From assembly GCA_002783145.1 (NCBI GenBank), contig PFEX01000231.1, forward strand, positions 10,746-74,745: DNA of 64,000 nt, read 5' to 3'. The stretch is from Rhodobacteraceae bacterium CG17_big_fil_post_rev_8_21_14_2_50_65_11 (lineage in GTDB: Bacteria > Pseudomonadota > Alphaproteobacteria > Rhodobacterales > Rhodobacteraceae). A model generated the notes under the pieces. It searched no databases and was not told the origin of the DNA. It saw only the letters and a list, made by a program, of their open reading frames with translations. Position numbers and translations under genes: made by a program. Numbering within the stretch: position 1 is the stretch's first letter; each line of letters begins with the position of its first letter. Below, piece after piece: positions 50,922 to 61,113 of this stretch.

Positions 50922-52619
50922 TTACCTGACAAGATAGGGCCGGGTATCGCCGGACCGGTGCTGCAACCCCGGCAGTTCCACGGGGAAATCGCCGGTCATG
51001 TGGGGGTTCATCCCCTGGTTCTTGAGGTTTTGCAGGAACTGGCCAAACCCGGCAAGGTCCACCATGCGCGGTGCCTCGGTGATGCGAAGGCCGGCCGGCC
51101 CGTCGATCGAGTCAAGGATGGATTGCAGGTTTTCCATCGGCTCCTCGATGAACTCGGCCAGCGTCCAGATCCGCACATCGGCGCGCGTCTGCACCCGGCG
51201 CAGCACGTTCACGAAATCGACCTCGCGTTTTTGCAGGGCGGCGGCGGTCTTTCGGATGGTCAGGAAATCCTTGTTGGAGGTGAACAGCGGCACCGCCCAG
51301 GCCCCGGTGATGACGGCGATCTGCGCATTGCCGTCGCCGGCGAGCGTCGCGCCAATGCGTTGCCGGTCGCGCGGGCTGAGCTGGAAGACCTGCCGTTCGC
51401 CGCGTGTGTTCCAGATCAGGCTGGAAAGAAAGCGTTCGGGGTTGTAGTCGCGCAGCTTGGCCGAGGATGACAAGCAGCCGGCATAGATATCGGCGTCGCC
51501 GGCGAAGCGCGCGCGTGCAGGATCGAACAGGTTGCCATGCACCCGAATGCCAAGGCGGCGCGACAGCCACGGCTCGAAATCCGCGAAAAGATCGTTGAAC
51601 CCGTGAAAGACGGAAAACGGCGCCGCGGTCTTGCCGTTTTCCCAATCGGGGTTTGGGAACCGGCTGTGCATGTACATGCCCGCCCGGCCCCGCGTCCGCC
51701 GTTCCAAGGCTTTGGCGAACACCCGGTCGATCTTGCCCGGCGCGGGTTCCGCCATCACCGTGCCGCGGTTCTGTTCGGTCAGGAACGTGTCGTAAAGCCG
51801 ATTCGCACGAGGCCAGATCTTGCGCGCGACGAAGCAATCGGACCGGCGCAGCAGGTGCAGGTGATCGTCATAGAAGACATGCGGTTTGCCCTGAAAGTCG
51901 AACTTCGACAGGGTCAGCGACCGGCTTTCGATATGGGTCGAATACTTGCGCGCAAGGGTCTGGTAGTAACTTTCATCGGGAATCCAGACGAGCTTGAAAA
52001 ACCGGTCATGCGCCCTTCGGGCCGGGTCTTGCAGGATCGCCGACAGGGTTTGGCGCGACAGGCACCACCACTGGCTGCCCAGATGCGGCACCAACCCTTC
52101 TGGCATCGTGCGCTTGAACCCGGCCTTGCGCTGCAATTCCACGTAGCCATCAAACAGCCGCCGGTGCTTTTTCCAGGAAAACGGAAAGCGCAGCTGGAAG
52201 CGTTCGGCATGCAGCCCGTCAACCGTCCATTCCACATCCTCGGTGGTCACGCTTTCGATGAAATCGGTGCGCGGGCGGGCGGCAAGGTAGGCCTTCAGTT
52301 CCTCCACCGGGCGCAGTGGCAGGCAGGAGCCGCTGGCAAGGAAGACATGCCGCACACCCGGAAATTCCGCCAGCATCATCTCCGACGCGGTCTGCGACGC
52401 GGCGACCAGCGACCAGGTGCCCCATTCGCACTTGTGCCGCCTACAGAATTTAACGTTCGGCAGGTCCGACAATGCGCCCCTCAACCCGGCAAAATCCGGG
52501 TCACACACGCGCTTGTCGACATGAATCACCACCGGGCAATCACGTTCGCCCCAATGCCGCGCCACCTGCGCCGCGCGGTGCAGGGCGGTGTGGCACAGCA
52601 TGACGAAGCCCAGGCTCAT
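50922..52619 (-). CDS. GT14/core-2/I-branching type glycosyltransferase with C-terminal extension
   Basis: MLCH, IHVD, EWGTWSLV, LASGSCLPLRP, GSQWWCLSR, IPDESYYQT, FVARK. Confidence 0.85.
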   Translation of the reverse strand: MSLGFVMLCHTALHRAAQVARHWGERDCPVVIHVDKRVCDPDFAGLRGALSDLPNVKFCRRHKCEWGTWSLVAASQTASEMMLAEFPGVRHVFLASGSCLPLRPVEELKAYLAARPRTDFIESVTTEDVEWTVDGLHAERFQLRFPFSWKKHRRLFDGYVELQRKAGFKRTMPEGLVPHLGSQWWCLSRQTLSAILQDPARRAHDRFFKLVWIPDESYYQTLARKYSTHIESRSLTLSKFDFQGKPHVFYDDHLHLLRRSDCFVARKIWPRANRLYDTFLTEQNRGTVMAEPAPGKIDRVFAKALERRTRGRAGMYMHSRFPNPDWENGKTAAPFSVFHGFNDLFADFEPWLSRRLGIRVHGNLFDPARARFAGDADIYAGCLSSSAKLRDYNPERFLSSLIWNTRGERQVFQLSPRDRQRIGATLAGDGNAQIAVITGAWAVPLFTSNKDFLTIRKTAAALQKREVDFVNVLRRVQTRADVRIWTLAEFIEEPMENLQSILDSIDGPAGLRITEAPRMVDLAGFGQFLQNLKNQGMNPHMTGDFPVELPGLQHRSGDTRPYLVR

Positions 52620-53626
52620 GCCCAGTTCCCCTTCGACATGAGGCCGAGGATTTCCAGTTGCCGCCAGTTGATGAAGCGTTCCGACCACTTGCACCACAGG
52701 TTCGGGTTTTCGTGCAAGCCCGCCGCATAGGCCTTGTATTCATGGCTGGCGGCGTAGTGCTGTTTGCGCGCCAGTTCCTCCTTCGCCTTGATGGTGAAGG
52801 TGTCGAGGAACTTGGCGTGCAGCAAGACGCCCGAGGCTTTCTCGCCCCCCCATTCGTCAAAGACAAGGTTCAGCCCGCGCGGCAGCAGCATATGGGTGGA
52901 ACTGACGAAGGCATAGCTCTTGTCCCATTTCACCAGCGGGATCTTGTTCAGCGCCGGGGCGCGCGCGGGATTGTCATCGAAGAACAGCCGCGCGCGCGGG
53001 CCACCCTGAATCCACAGGTTGCCGAAATCCCAGTTGCGTTCGATCATGTAGTTGCCGGAATCGAACCAGCAGGCAATCTCGAACGGATCCTGCCCCTCGT
53101 TATACGGCTGCGCGGTGATCGGCCCCTTGGGATACATGTCAAGCAGCATCGCCCCGAAGGACTTGATGGAGGAGCTTCCCAACCAGTCGGTCAGCGCCGG
53201 AATGGGTCGCGTGTCGCAGAACGGGTAGACGAAGAATTCATCCGGGTCGACAACCACGCACCAATGCCCGTGCCCGTATTCGCGCATCAGCGCGTTGATC
53301 CAGTCCATCCCGAAGCGCGATCGCTTGTAGCTGGCCGGGGTGGTCCAGACCGAACAATCGCCCTGCGCGGCAAGGTATTCACGGGTGCCGTCGTTGCTGT
53401 CGTTATCGACGAAGATGAAATGCGCAACGCCCCGGTCACGGTAGTATTTCAGGAAATAAGGCAGCCGGATCTTTTCGTTGCGCAGGGTGACGAAGCACAG
53501 AAGGTCATGGCGCTTGATCTGGTCCGTCCGGTCGGCAACGAGCAAAAGCTCCCGCGCCTTGCGCCAGGCACGGATCAGGAACCGCTTCCGTTCAAGGCGC
53601 AGCTTGTAGCGCTGAACCGCCTGCAT
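52616..53626 (-). CDS. Glycosyltransferase family 2-like protein
   Basis: LRNEKIRLPYFL, VDNDSNDGT, VDPDEF, LLHAKF. Confidence 0.85.
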   Translation of the reverse strand: MQAVQRYKLRLERKRFLIRAWRKARELLLVADRTDQIKRHDLLCFVTLRNEKIRLPYFLKYYRDRGVAHFIFVDNDSNDGTREYLAAQGDCSVWTTPASYKRSRFGMDWINALMREYGHGHWCVVVDPDEFFVYPFCDTRPIPALTDWLGSSSIKSFGAMLLDMYPKGPITAQPYNEGQDPFEIACWFDSGNYMIERNWDFGNLWIQGGPRARLFFDDNPARAPALNKIPLVKWDKSYAFVSSTHMLLPRGLNLVFDEWGGEKASGVLLHAKFLDTFTIKAKEELARKQHYAASHEYKAYAAGLHENPNLWCKWSERFINWRQLEILGLMSKGNWA

Positions 53627-53629
53627 GTC

Positions 53630-54847
53630 TCAATCCCCTGCTCGCCCCGCGCCGAGTGCCTGCGCGACCGTCTTGAAATGGGCCTGCCACGTCGGCAGCA
53701 TGGCGGCCTGCTTCGGCCCCTCTGCCAGACTACCCCTTATTCGTTTCTTGATCGTTTCCAGCCAAGAGTAGCGATCAGTCGGGTCCAGGTAAACGCCGCA
53801 ATCGCCCAGGATTTCCCGCAAAACCGGCAAGTCGGAACAGATCGGCACTACGCCAAGCCGCGCGGCCTCCAGCGGGGGGTAGCCGAAGCCCTCAGCCAGC
53901 GTCGGGAACAGCAGCCCGTGGGCACCGGTCATGAGGCTGCGCACTTGCCCGTCGGTCAGCTCATTATGCTCGAATATCGCGGTTCCTCGCAGCTTGTGCC
54001 TGTCCAACCGCCGGAACAGGGATGGATCGGCCCACCCGCGCCCGCCGACGATGTGCAAATGTGGGCGGTCGGGTTCTGGCAGATCATCCCAGATATCCAG
54101 CAGCAGGGCATGGTTCTTGCGCGGCTCGATCGTTCCAATGGTCACGAAACGGGGTGTATGAGGGTCTGTTTCCGGAAAAACAGGCTCTTTCGGCGGCAGG
54201 TCAGACAGGCCCAGATGTGCCGCGACGATGGGCTTGTCCGTCCCGAGTTCCCGACTCAACCGTTTGCGCGTCTCTTGCGAATTGCACAGAACAAGATCCG
54301 CGAATTCCGCCGCCGCGGCAACCATGGCGCGGAAGTGATCCACGATCTCCGGGCGCGTGAATTGCGGAAAATCGAGCGGGATCACATCGTGCAGGAACAC
54401 CGCGACCCGGACGTCGGGGTTGACACCGAACGCCATCAGGCATTGCCGCGACAGGTTGCTGTGCCCGGTATTGAGGTAAACCGTTCCCTCCCGAAGGCGC
54501 TGCGACAAGAGGCGAAACAGGTTGCTGTGCAGGCAGCGCCCGATCGCATGGCGGCGCAACAGCGCCTCGGCCCCGTGCCGATCCAGATCGCCCTTGCCGG
54601 TCAGACGCGACAGAAGGTCCGGCCGGGGCCATCCGGTCTTGCCATCCAGCGCCGAAAGAAACGCGCGCGCTCCGGACGCCCCGAACAGGATATATCCGCG
54701 AGAGGTGCGGACAAGAAACTGCGGGTCATCATCGCTTGCCAGTACCCAGTCGGCATAGGCGCGCTCCACCCGGTCCACACCCGTCATGGCCCCACGCCCG
54801 ACGCGAGACAGAAGGCGTGTCAGATCAAGGCAGAGCGGCGGCCCCAT
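53630..54847 (-). CDS. GT4 (group 1) glycosyltransferase
   Basis: TGVDRVE, HDVIP, GTIEPRKNH, EGFGYPPLEA. Confidence 0.92.
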   Translation of the reverse strand: MGPPLCLDLTRLLSRVGRGAMTGVDRVERAYADWVLASDDDPQFLVRTSRGYILFGASGARAFLSALDGKTGWPRPDLLSRLTGKGDLDRHGAEALLRRHAIGRCLHSNLFRLLSQRLREGTVYLNTGHSNLSRQCLMAFGVNPDVRVAVFLHDVIPLDFPQFTRPEIVDHFRAMVAAAAEFADLVLCNSQETRKRLSRELGTDKPIVAAHLGLSDLPPKEPVFPETDPHTPRFVTIGTIEPRKNHALLLDIWDDLPEPDRPHLHIVGGRGWADPSLFRRLDRHKLRGTAIFEHNELTDGQVRSLMTGAHGLLFPTLAEGFGYPPLEAARLGVVPICSDLPVLREILGDCGVYLDPTDRYSWLETIKKRIRGSLAEGPKQAAMLPTWQAHFKTVAQALGAGRAGD

Positions 54848-54850
54848 ATG

Positions 54851-55741
54851 TTACTGGGCGGCCGTCTTGGCGGCGATCATGCTGTCGATGAAGTCGGAAA
54901 ACTCGTCGCACAGATCGTCCCGCGCCAGACCGAAGGCCACCGTTGCCTGCAGAAACCCGGCCTTGGAACCGCAATCGTAGCGCTGCCCCCGGAAGCGAAA
55001 GCCGTAGACATCGCCGGTCGCCTCGATTTCCTGCGCGATTGCATCGGTCAGCTGGATTTCCCCGCCAGAGCCCGACTTGGCCTTGTTCAGGTTGCGCATG
55101 ACATTCGGTGTCAGAATATAGCGCCCGATCACCGCGAGGTTCGACGGCGCATCCTCCAGCGCCGGTTTTTCGACCATACCATTCACCGACACGACGGACC
55201 CCATATCCTCCTTCACGCCCAGTATCCCGTAGGACGACGTTTTTTCCGGCGGCACCTCCATCGCGGCAACCATGTTGCCGCCGATTTCGGCGTGCGCCTC
55301 CATCATCTGTTGCAGACAGGGCGTTTCGGCGGCGATCACGTCATCGGGCAGGATCACGGCAAACGGTTCGTTGCCAAGCAGACGACGTGCGCACCAGACT
55401 GCGTGACCCAGCCCAAGCGCCTTGTTCTGGCGGATATAGGCGATCTGGCCAGACTCCATGTTGGTGGCTTTCAGGGCTTTCAGAAGCTCGGTCTTGCCCT
55501 TCCTGCGCAGGGTGCTTTCCAGTTCCGGCGCAACGTCGAAGTAGTCTTCCAGCGCGCTCTTGCCGCGCGCCGTCACGAAGATGAATTCCTTGATGCCCGC
55601 AGCGCGCGCCTCGTCGATCGCGTACTGGATCAGCGGTCGGTCAACGAGTGTCATGATCTCTTTCGGGACCGACTTCGTCGCCGGCAGAAACCGCGTGCCG
55701 AGCCCCGCGACCGGAAAAATTGCCTTGGTAATCTTCTTCAT
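54851..55741 (-). CDS. galU: UTP-glucose-1-phosphate uridylyltransferase
   Basis: PVAGLGTRFLPATK..PKE, LGLGHAV, VEKP, GEIQLTDA. Confidence 0.97.
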   Translation of the reverse strand: MKKITKAIFPVAGLGTRFLPATKSVPKEIMTLVDRPLIQYAIDEARAAGIKEFIFVTARGKSALEDYFDVAPELESTLRRKGKTELLKALKATNMESGQIAYIRQNKALGLGHAVWCARRLLGNEPFAVILPDDVIAAETPCLQQMMEAHAEIGGNMVAAMEVPPEKTSSYGILGVKEDMGSVVSVNGMVEKPALEDAPSNLAVIGRYILTPNVMRNLNKAKSGSGGEIQLTDAIAQEIEATGDVYGFRFRGQRYDCGSKAGFLQATVAFGLARDDLCDEFSDFIDSMIAAKTAAQ

Positions 55742-55898
55742 ATTGCAAAACCAATCTTGTTACCGTTGCGCCACTCTTGATCGTGTCAAGTGATCGCTAC
55801 ACCCGAAACTGGACAATTGATGACCGAAAACTCGCCGTTTTCGTGACAGCGCTGACAAGCGTAAACCCGTTCCTGCTATTCTCAAACAGGACCATCTG

Positions 55899-57134
55899 TC
55901 ACCCTGTCACCGCCTGTTGCGACAAGTCTTGCCACCGAACCCCTGCCACACGTCCGGTTTCTTCGCGTATACGCGCCCGAAACGACCATTTGGTAAAGCG
56001 CGGCTGATCGCGCCGCGAGGGGCCGAACAAGCCGCCGCTTTGCCGCCAGACCCCATCGTCGGTGAACGTGACCCGATGCGCGCGCACGGTGTGGCCGAAC
56101 AGGAACAGGCTGGTGGAGCGCCCTTCTGCCGCGCAGGCCTGTGCCTGCCGGTTCAACCGCACCCGGCTGAACCAGCGCCCCGATAGAATTGCGGGCGGGG
56201 GTGGGTTGACCTCGATCAACGCTTGAAACAGCGGCGGGTCGGCAACCGCGTGGGTCTGGTGCAGCGGACGGTCTCGCCCTGACGCGATACCCCCGTCCAA
56301 CTCTGCCAGCAGCCGCGCGGCGGCGCCACCCTGCAAAAGGCCTGCCTCATGCAGCCGTGCAAGCCGCGCCGCCTGTTGCTGCCGCAGCGCCTCGAGCGCC
56401 GGGCCCAGCCGATCCGCCGTGGCATGTTTGCGCAGGTAAAGCGCGCTGCTTGCCCCGACGTCGCGCAAGGAAAGCGGCACCCGGTCCGCACGGCGGCGGG
56501 CGCTCTCGGCAAAGCCGTGATGCACCGTGGCCAACGGGGCAAAGGCCACCCGATGCCCTGTTCGCATCAATCGAAAGGCGAAGTCCGTCTCATCAAGGTA
56601 AAAACCGAAGCCCTCGTCGAACCCGCCAAGCGCCGCCAGCACGTCGCGCCGCAGCCCCATGTTGGTGCCTTCCAGCTTGACAGCGAGGCCGTCGGGCAGC
56701 GGCCCCCTTGGTGCCGGAAAGGCCCGCCCTTCAGCGTCAACGACACGATCGGCCCATTGAACGGAAATCCCGTTGCGCCCCAGAACCGTGCCCGTCGCCG
56801 CCGCGCAATGCGGCTCTGACAAAGGCGAAACGAGATGAGTCAACCATGTCGGTTCCGGAACGGCATCATCGTCGATGAAGGCAAGTATGTCACCGCCCGC
56901 CAGATCCGCCCCCCGGTTGCGGGCACGCGAAATATTGGCGTCGTCCTGGCGTGCGGTCTTGATCCGGTCGGCAAAGGGCAGGTCGGAAATCGCCGCAAGC
57001 CCGGCACTGTCGGCCACGACCACCAGTTCGAGGGGCCGGTAGAAAAGCTGCCCGATACCGATCAGGGCGCGCCGCAGAAGGGCGGGCCTCCCATGGCTGA
57101 CGACGATCACGCTGACGGGCGGGTGTTCGGTCAA
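55899..57134 (-). CDS. GT2 family glycosyltransferase
   Basis: VSVIVVS, NISRARNRG, AFIDDDA, GGFDE..YLDETD. Confidence 0.9.
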   Translation of the reverse strand: MTEHPPVSVIVVSHGRPALLRRALIGIGQLFYRPLELVVVADSAGLAAISDLPFADRIKTARQDDANISRARNRGADLAGGDILAFIDDDAVPEPTWLTHLVSPLSEPHCAAATGTVLGRNGISVQWADRVVDAEGRAFPAPRGPLPDGLAVKLEGTNMGLRRDVLAALGGFDEGFGFYLDETDFAFRLMRTGHRVAFAPLATVHHGFAESARRRADRVPLSLRDVGASSALYLRKHATADRLGPALEALRQQQAARLARLHEAGLLQGGAAARLLAELDGGIASGRDRPLHQTHAVADPPLFQALIEVNPPPPAILSGRWFSRVRLNRQAQACAAEGRSTSLFLFGHTVRAHRVTFTDDGVWRQSGGLFGPSRRDQPRFTKWSFRARIREETGRVAGVRWQDLSQQAVTG

Positions 57135-57931
57135 GGCACCCCCATCTCGGCCAGCATCGCCTCGATCCGGGGCACGTCCTCGGGGTTGTTGAGTTCCCAG
57201 AACTTGCGGCCGCGCGCCGCGACCTCGATGCAGCGCACCTTGTGTCCGGCTTCAAGGAAGCGCAGCTGTTCCAGCCCTTCCAGGCCTTCCAGCGGCCCGG
57301 GCACCCAGTCGGGATAGGCGTGCAATGCCCAGGGGCGATAGGCATAGACCCCGACATGGTGAAATACCGGCGTCAGCGCATCGGGGGCATAATCCTCTGC
57401 CGTGTAGGGAATGACCTCTTTCGAAAAATAGAGAGCGTGGCGTTCGCTGTCGATCACCGCAGTCGTGCCCCCGACCCGCCCCGAGGCCCGGTCGGCCTTG
57501 AGCGCGACCAGCGTTTCGCCGTCGCAGCGCAGGATCGGGGTGGCCAGCGCCGCCTGGCTGTCGGCCCGCAGTCCTTCGATCAGGTCTTCGAGGAACCACG
57601 CTGGTGTCAGCGGCGCGTCGCCTTGCAGGTTTATCACCATCTCCACCCCGTCGCCCAGCTGCCTGAGCGCCTCCGCGCAGCGTTCGGTCCCGTTGCGGCA
57701 GGTGTCGGAGGTCATCAGCACCTTGGCGCCGAACGCTTCCGCCGCCGCGCGGATCTGCTCATCGTCGGTGGCGACATAGACGGCATCGAGCCCCGCCGCC
57801 TCTTGCGCCGCCAGCCAACTGCGCTCGATCAGGCTGCGCGCAACACCCGTGGCCCCGCGCAATTCGGCAAGCGGTTTGCCCGGATAACGCGACGAGGCGT
57901 AGCGCGCGGGGATGATGCAGACGACCGACAT
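57131..57931 (-). CDS. kdsB: CMP-Kdo synthetase (KdsB/KpsU)
   Basis: IPARYASSRYPGKPL, VATDD, NLQGD, ALYFSK, HVGVYAY, LEQLRFLE. Confidence 0.92.
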   Translation of the reverse strand: MSVVCIIPARYASSRYPGKPLAELRGATGVARSLIERSWLAAQEAAGLDAVYVATDDEQIRAAAEAFGAKVLMTSDTCRNGTERCAEALRQLGDGVEMVINLQGDAPLTPAWFLEDLIEGLRADSQAALATPILRCDGETLVALKADRASGRVGGTTAVIDSERHALYFSKEVIPYTAEDYAPDALTPVFHHVGVYAYRPWALHAYPDWVPGPLEGLEGLEQLRFLEAGHKVRCIEVAARGRKFWELNNPEDVPRIEAMLAEMGVP

Positions 57932-58729
57932 TCAGCCCGCTTTCAGATCGACGCCCGGCGCATAGGCAATGAAGAACGGGTTTTCGTAGCCCGTCTTGCC
58001 GTAGGTAAGCGGCGCGTGATCGTCGAAGCGGATCACGTGCCCCCCGGCGCCGCGCAACACGGCATCCCCGGCGGCGGTATCCCATTCCATCGTGCGCCCC
58101 AAACGGGGGTAGAGATCGGCCTCACCCGACGCCACGAGGCAGAACTTCAGCGACGAGCCGGCGCTTTTCATGTCCTTGACGCTGTATTTGCCGATATAGG
58201 CATCGGTCGCGGCATCGCGGTGCGACTTCGACGCCACGACCATGAGAGCCGAGTTGTCCGGCTCAGAGACGGCAAGCGGCGTCACATCGCCCTTGCGCTC
58301 CTTTTCGAACGGACCGGTTTCCTCGACCGTCCGACCATCGGCCTCGGTGTAGAAAAGCCGCCCCTTGGCCGGTGCATAGACGACCCCGCGCAGCGGCACG
58401 CCGTTTTCCACGTAGGCAATGTTGACGGTGAAATCGCCGCGTCGGTTGATGAATTCCTTGGTCCCGTCCAGCGGGTCGACGATGATGAAACTGCTGACCA
58501 ACTGCGTGTGGCTGGCCGCCTGTTCCTCGGTCACCAGCGCAACCTCGGGAAAGGTCGCCGCGATCCCGGCCGAGATAAGGGCGTCGGCAACCTCGTCGGC
58601 CTCGGTGACCGGGCTGTCGTCCGATTTCACCTTCACGTCGAAATCATCCGCGTTGTAAATTTCCATGATCCGGTCGCCAGCCTCCAATGCGAGCTTTCGG
58701 AAAATGCTCTCCATCCTGGGAAAATCCAC
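57932..58729 (-). CDS. cysQ: 3'(2'),5'-bisphosphate nucleotidase
   Basis: SPVTEAD, DPLDGTKEF, GSSLKFC, TMEWDTAAG. GTG start chosen from a GGAGGA RBS. Confidence 0.95.
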   Translation of the reverse strand: MDFPRMESIFRKLALEAGDRIMEIYNADDFDVKVKSDDSPVTEADEVADALISAGIAATFPEVALVTEEQAASHTQLVSSFIIVDPLDGTKEFINRRGDFTVNIAYVENGVPLRGVVYAPAKGRLFYTEADGRTVEETGPFEKERKGDVTPLAVSEPDNSALMVVASKSHRDAATDAYIGKYSVKDMKSAGSSLKFCLVASGEADLYPRLGRTMEWDTAAGDAVLRGAGGHVIRFDDHAPLTYGKTGYENPFFIAYAPGVDLKAG

Positions 58730-58862
58730 GTCTGTCCTCCTTGGGAGTTTCATTGAAAATTCGTGTTTTCGCCGTTATCGTCCGCTATCAGCGATTGAGC
58801 AAGGACTCCCTGCAACATAGAACAGGGGCGGCTCGATAGGGCAGCTTGAGTATGGATAGCGC

Positions 58863-59687
58863 ATGAAATTCGGGCACTCAAAGCGAAAAGGCACGTTCAG
58901 CTTGCTGCTGAATCTCGGACAGCTGACGTATACGTCCACGGTTCGCAAGGTCCGGCAAAGCCACGGCAACGCGATCATGGCGCTTGCGATGAACATTCTA
59001 CAAGCGGTGCTGTTCATCGTCGCGTTCTACTTCATGTTTAGCGTGCTGGGCACGAAACGGGCGATGATCCGTGGCGATTTCCTGATCTATCTGCTGACCG
59101 GCATTTTCCTTTATATGACCCACATCAAGGCATTGGGGGCCGTCCTGGGCGCCGAGGGGCCGACATCGGCGATGATGCTGCATGCCCCGATGAACACGAT
59201 CGTGGCGATCCTGTCATCGGCATTCGCATCGCTTTATATCCAGACGCTAGCGCTTGGCGTGATCCTTCTCGGGATCCACACGATTTTCAACTCGCTTGAA
59301 ATTCACGACTGGGCCGGTGTCATGTTCATGTATCTGCTCTCCTGGGCGTCGGGCTGTGCGGTCGGGTTGATCTTTCTGGCGCTCAAGCCCTGGTTTCCCG
59401 ATTTCATCGGGATCGCACAGACGGTCTATTCGCGCGCAAACATGATCGCCTCGGGCAAGATGTTCGTCGCCAACGCGCTGCCCGCCGCCATGATCCCGTG
59501 GTTCGACTGGAACCCGCTGTTCCACCTGATCGACCAGGCGCGCGGCTTTGCCTTCAACAACTACTTTCCGCACGTCACGAACTGGCAATATCCGATCTAT
59601 TTCACCCTCGCCTTCGTGATGCTGGGACTCATGGGCGATTTCTACACGCGCAAGCGCGTCTCGGCGAGCTGGATGGCAGGACGCTGA
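58863..59687 (+). CDS. ABC-2 polysaccharide export permease (KpsM/Wzm-like)
   Basis: About six TM segments, WNPLFHLIDQARG motif, beside a glycan cluster. Confidence 0.8.
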   Translation: MKFGHSKRKGTFSLLLNLGQLTYTSTVRKVRQSHGNAIMALAMNILQAVLFIVAFYFMFSVLGTKRAMIRGDFLIYLLTGIFLYMTHIKALGAVLGAEGPTSAMMLHAPMNTIVAILSSAFASLYIQTLALGVILLGIHTIFNSLEIHDWAGVMFMYLLSWASGCAVGLIFLALKPWFPDFIGIAQTVYSRANMIASGKMFVANALPAAMIPWFDWNPLFHLIDQARGFAFNNYFPHVTNWQYPIYFTLAFVMLGLMGDFYTRKRVSASWMAGR

Positions 59688-60304
59688 TACGACTTCTTTT
59701 CACCCTCTCGATCACCTTGTGGGGCATTGCCGCCCCGGCGCAGGATATCCACGAATACCCGGCGCTTTACCGTGTCACCGGCGTCGCGGCGCGCGATGTG
59801 CTCAACATCCGCTCCGGTCCCGGCGTCGAACACCAGATCATCGGTGCCTTGGCGCCGCGCCAGGCCGGGATCGAGGTTGTCGGCACCACGCAGGATCGCC
59901 GCTGGGGTCGCGTGGTCCTTGGCGAAACCTCCGGCTGGTCGTCGATGCGTTTTCTGACCCGGACCGGGCCGGATTGGAACGCCGGGCTGCCGATGCCGCT
60001 TTACTGCGCGGGGACGGAGCCGTTCTGGCACTATGACCGGATGGTCGGAGGCGGCACTTTCGACAGCGTCACCGCCGGCCCGGACCCCTTCGCCGAAGTG
60101 TGGAGCGGCGCGCCAAGCGGCCGCGGGCCGCAAACGTTCGGCCTTGTCCTCGACAGCGGCACAAGCACCATGACGGCGGTCATCGAACGCGAAATCTGCT
60201 CCGACGGGATGAGCGACCGGGACTTCGGGCTTTCCGCCCATTTCCTGCGCCGCGGCCCACAGGGCTCGGAGCTTCTGCAAGGCTGCTGTTCGCTGACCCG
60301 CTAA
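59684..60304 (+). CDS. Exported SH3b-domain / COG3650-like protein
   Basis: Signal-like N-terminus, VLNIRSGPG (SH3b), CAGTEPFW, CSDGMSDR, GCC. Start inferred at CTG 59684. Confidence 0.78.
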   Translation: MIRLLFTLSITLWGIAAPAQDIHEYPALYRVTGVAARDVLNIRSGPGVEHQIIGALAPRQAGIEVVGTTQDRRWGRVVLGETSGWSSMRFLTRTGPDWNAGLPMPLYCAGTEPFWHYDRMVGGGTFDSVTAGPDPFAEVWSGAPSGRGPQTFGLVLDSGTSTMTAVIEREICSDGMSDRDFGLSAHFLRRGPQGSELLQGCCSLTR

Positions 60305-60903
60305 TCCACGACGCGCAGCGTCAGGTTGATACGCCCGCCCTGCGCAAGCAGCGTGGAAGAGCCGAAGCGGATCCGGTCGACGCCGTGGTAGTTCAACCGC
60401 GCCGCGCCCGCCATCACCACGACATCGCCCGAGTGCAACCAGACCGAGCTGGTCTTGCCGCCCCTCTCGGCATTGCCCATCCGGAACAGCCCGTCATCCC
60501 CAAGCGAGATCGACACCACGGGCACGGAAAAATCGGCCTCGTCCTTGTCCTGATGCAAGCCCATCCGCGCGCCTTCGCCATAGAAATTCACAAGACAGCA
60601 TTGCGGCGCGCGCTCCACCCCCGAAACCGCCCGCCACACCGCGAGGATCGTATCCGGGATCGGCGGCCACTTGCCCCCCTCGGGGTGCTTGCGGTCATAG
60701 CGATAGCCGCGCCTATCGGTGATCCAGCCGTATTGCCCGGCCGCGCACATCCTGACCGACATCTGCTTGCCGCCGGGCGTAACAGGATGGAACAATGGCG
60801 CGGCGCGGACGATTGCGCGCACATCCTCCAACATCGCGGACTGCGCGGCAGCGTCCAGGAATCCCGGCAGGACTCGGAAGCCTTTTTCGAAAATGCTGGT
60901 CAT
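60301..60903 (-). CDS. alkB: AlkB family Fe/2-oxoglutarate dioxygenase
   Basis: CLVNFY, MGLHQDKDE, SISLG, YHGV, RINLTLR. Confidence 0.92.
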   Translation of the reverse strand: MTSIFEKGFRVLPGFLDAAAQSAMLEDVRAIVRAAPLFHPVTPGGKQMSVRMCAAGQYGWITDRRGYRYDRKHPEGGKWPPIPDTILAVWRAVSGVERAPQCCLVNFYGEGARMGLHQDKDEADFSVPVVSISLGDDGLFRMGNAERGGKTSSVWLHSGDVVVMAGAARLNYHGVDRIRFGSSTLLAQGGRINLTLRVVD

Positions 60904-60977
60904 GCCAACCCCTTGCCTGGGTGGGAACGGATCGAAAATCTAGCGCCCGATTGAACGAAATTCCAATGACCGGCCCG

Positions 60978-61007
60978 CTTGCAGCCGTCACCCCCCCCTC
61001 TTATATA
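60978..61007 (+). promoter_or_regulatory. Sigma32 (RpoH)-type promoter of dnaK
   Basis: CTTG-N18-CTTATATA about 105 bp before dnaK, matching the alphaproteobacterial heat-shock pattern. Confidence 0.65.
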
Positions 61008-61113
61008 CCGTCCGAAGCGTGGTCGGGGTCTCCTCGGCCGCCGGGATAAGGGGCCGGGGGCCGCAATCGGACCCGCGCCCTGCAACATCGCCTTGAGAAA
61101 GGGACAAGACAAC

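Noticed and set aside
52658-55780. 1040-aa plus-strand ORF
   Set aside because: Antisense shadow of galU and two glycosyltransferases in GC-rich DNA; no domain motifs.
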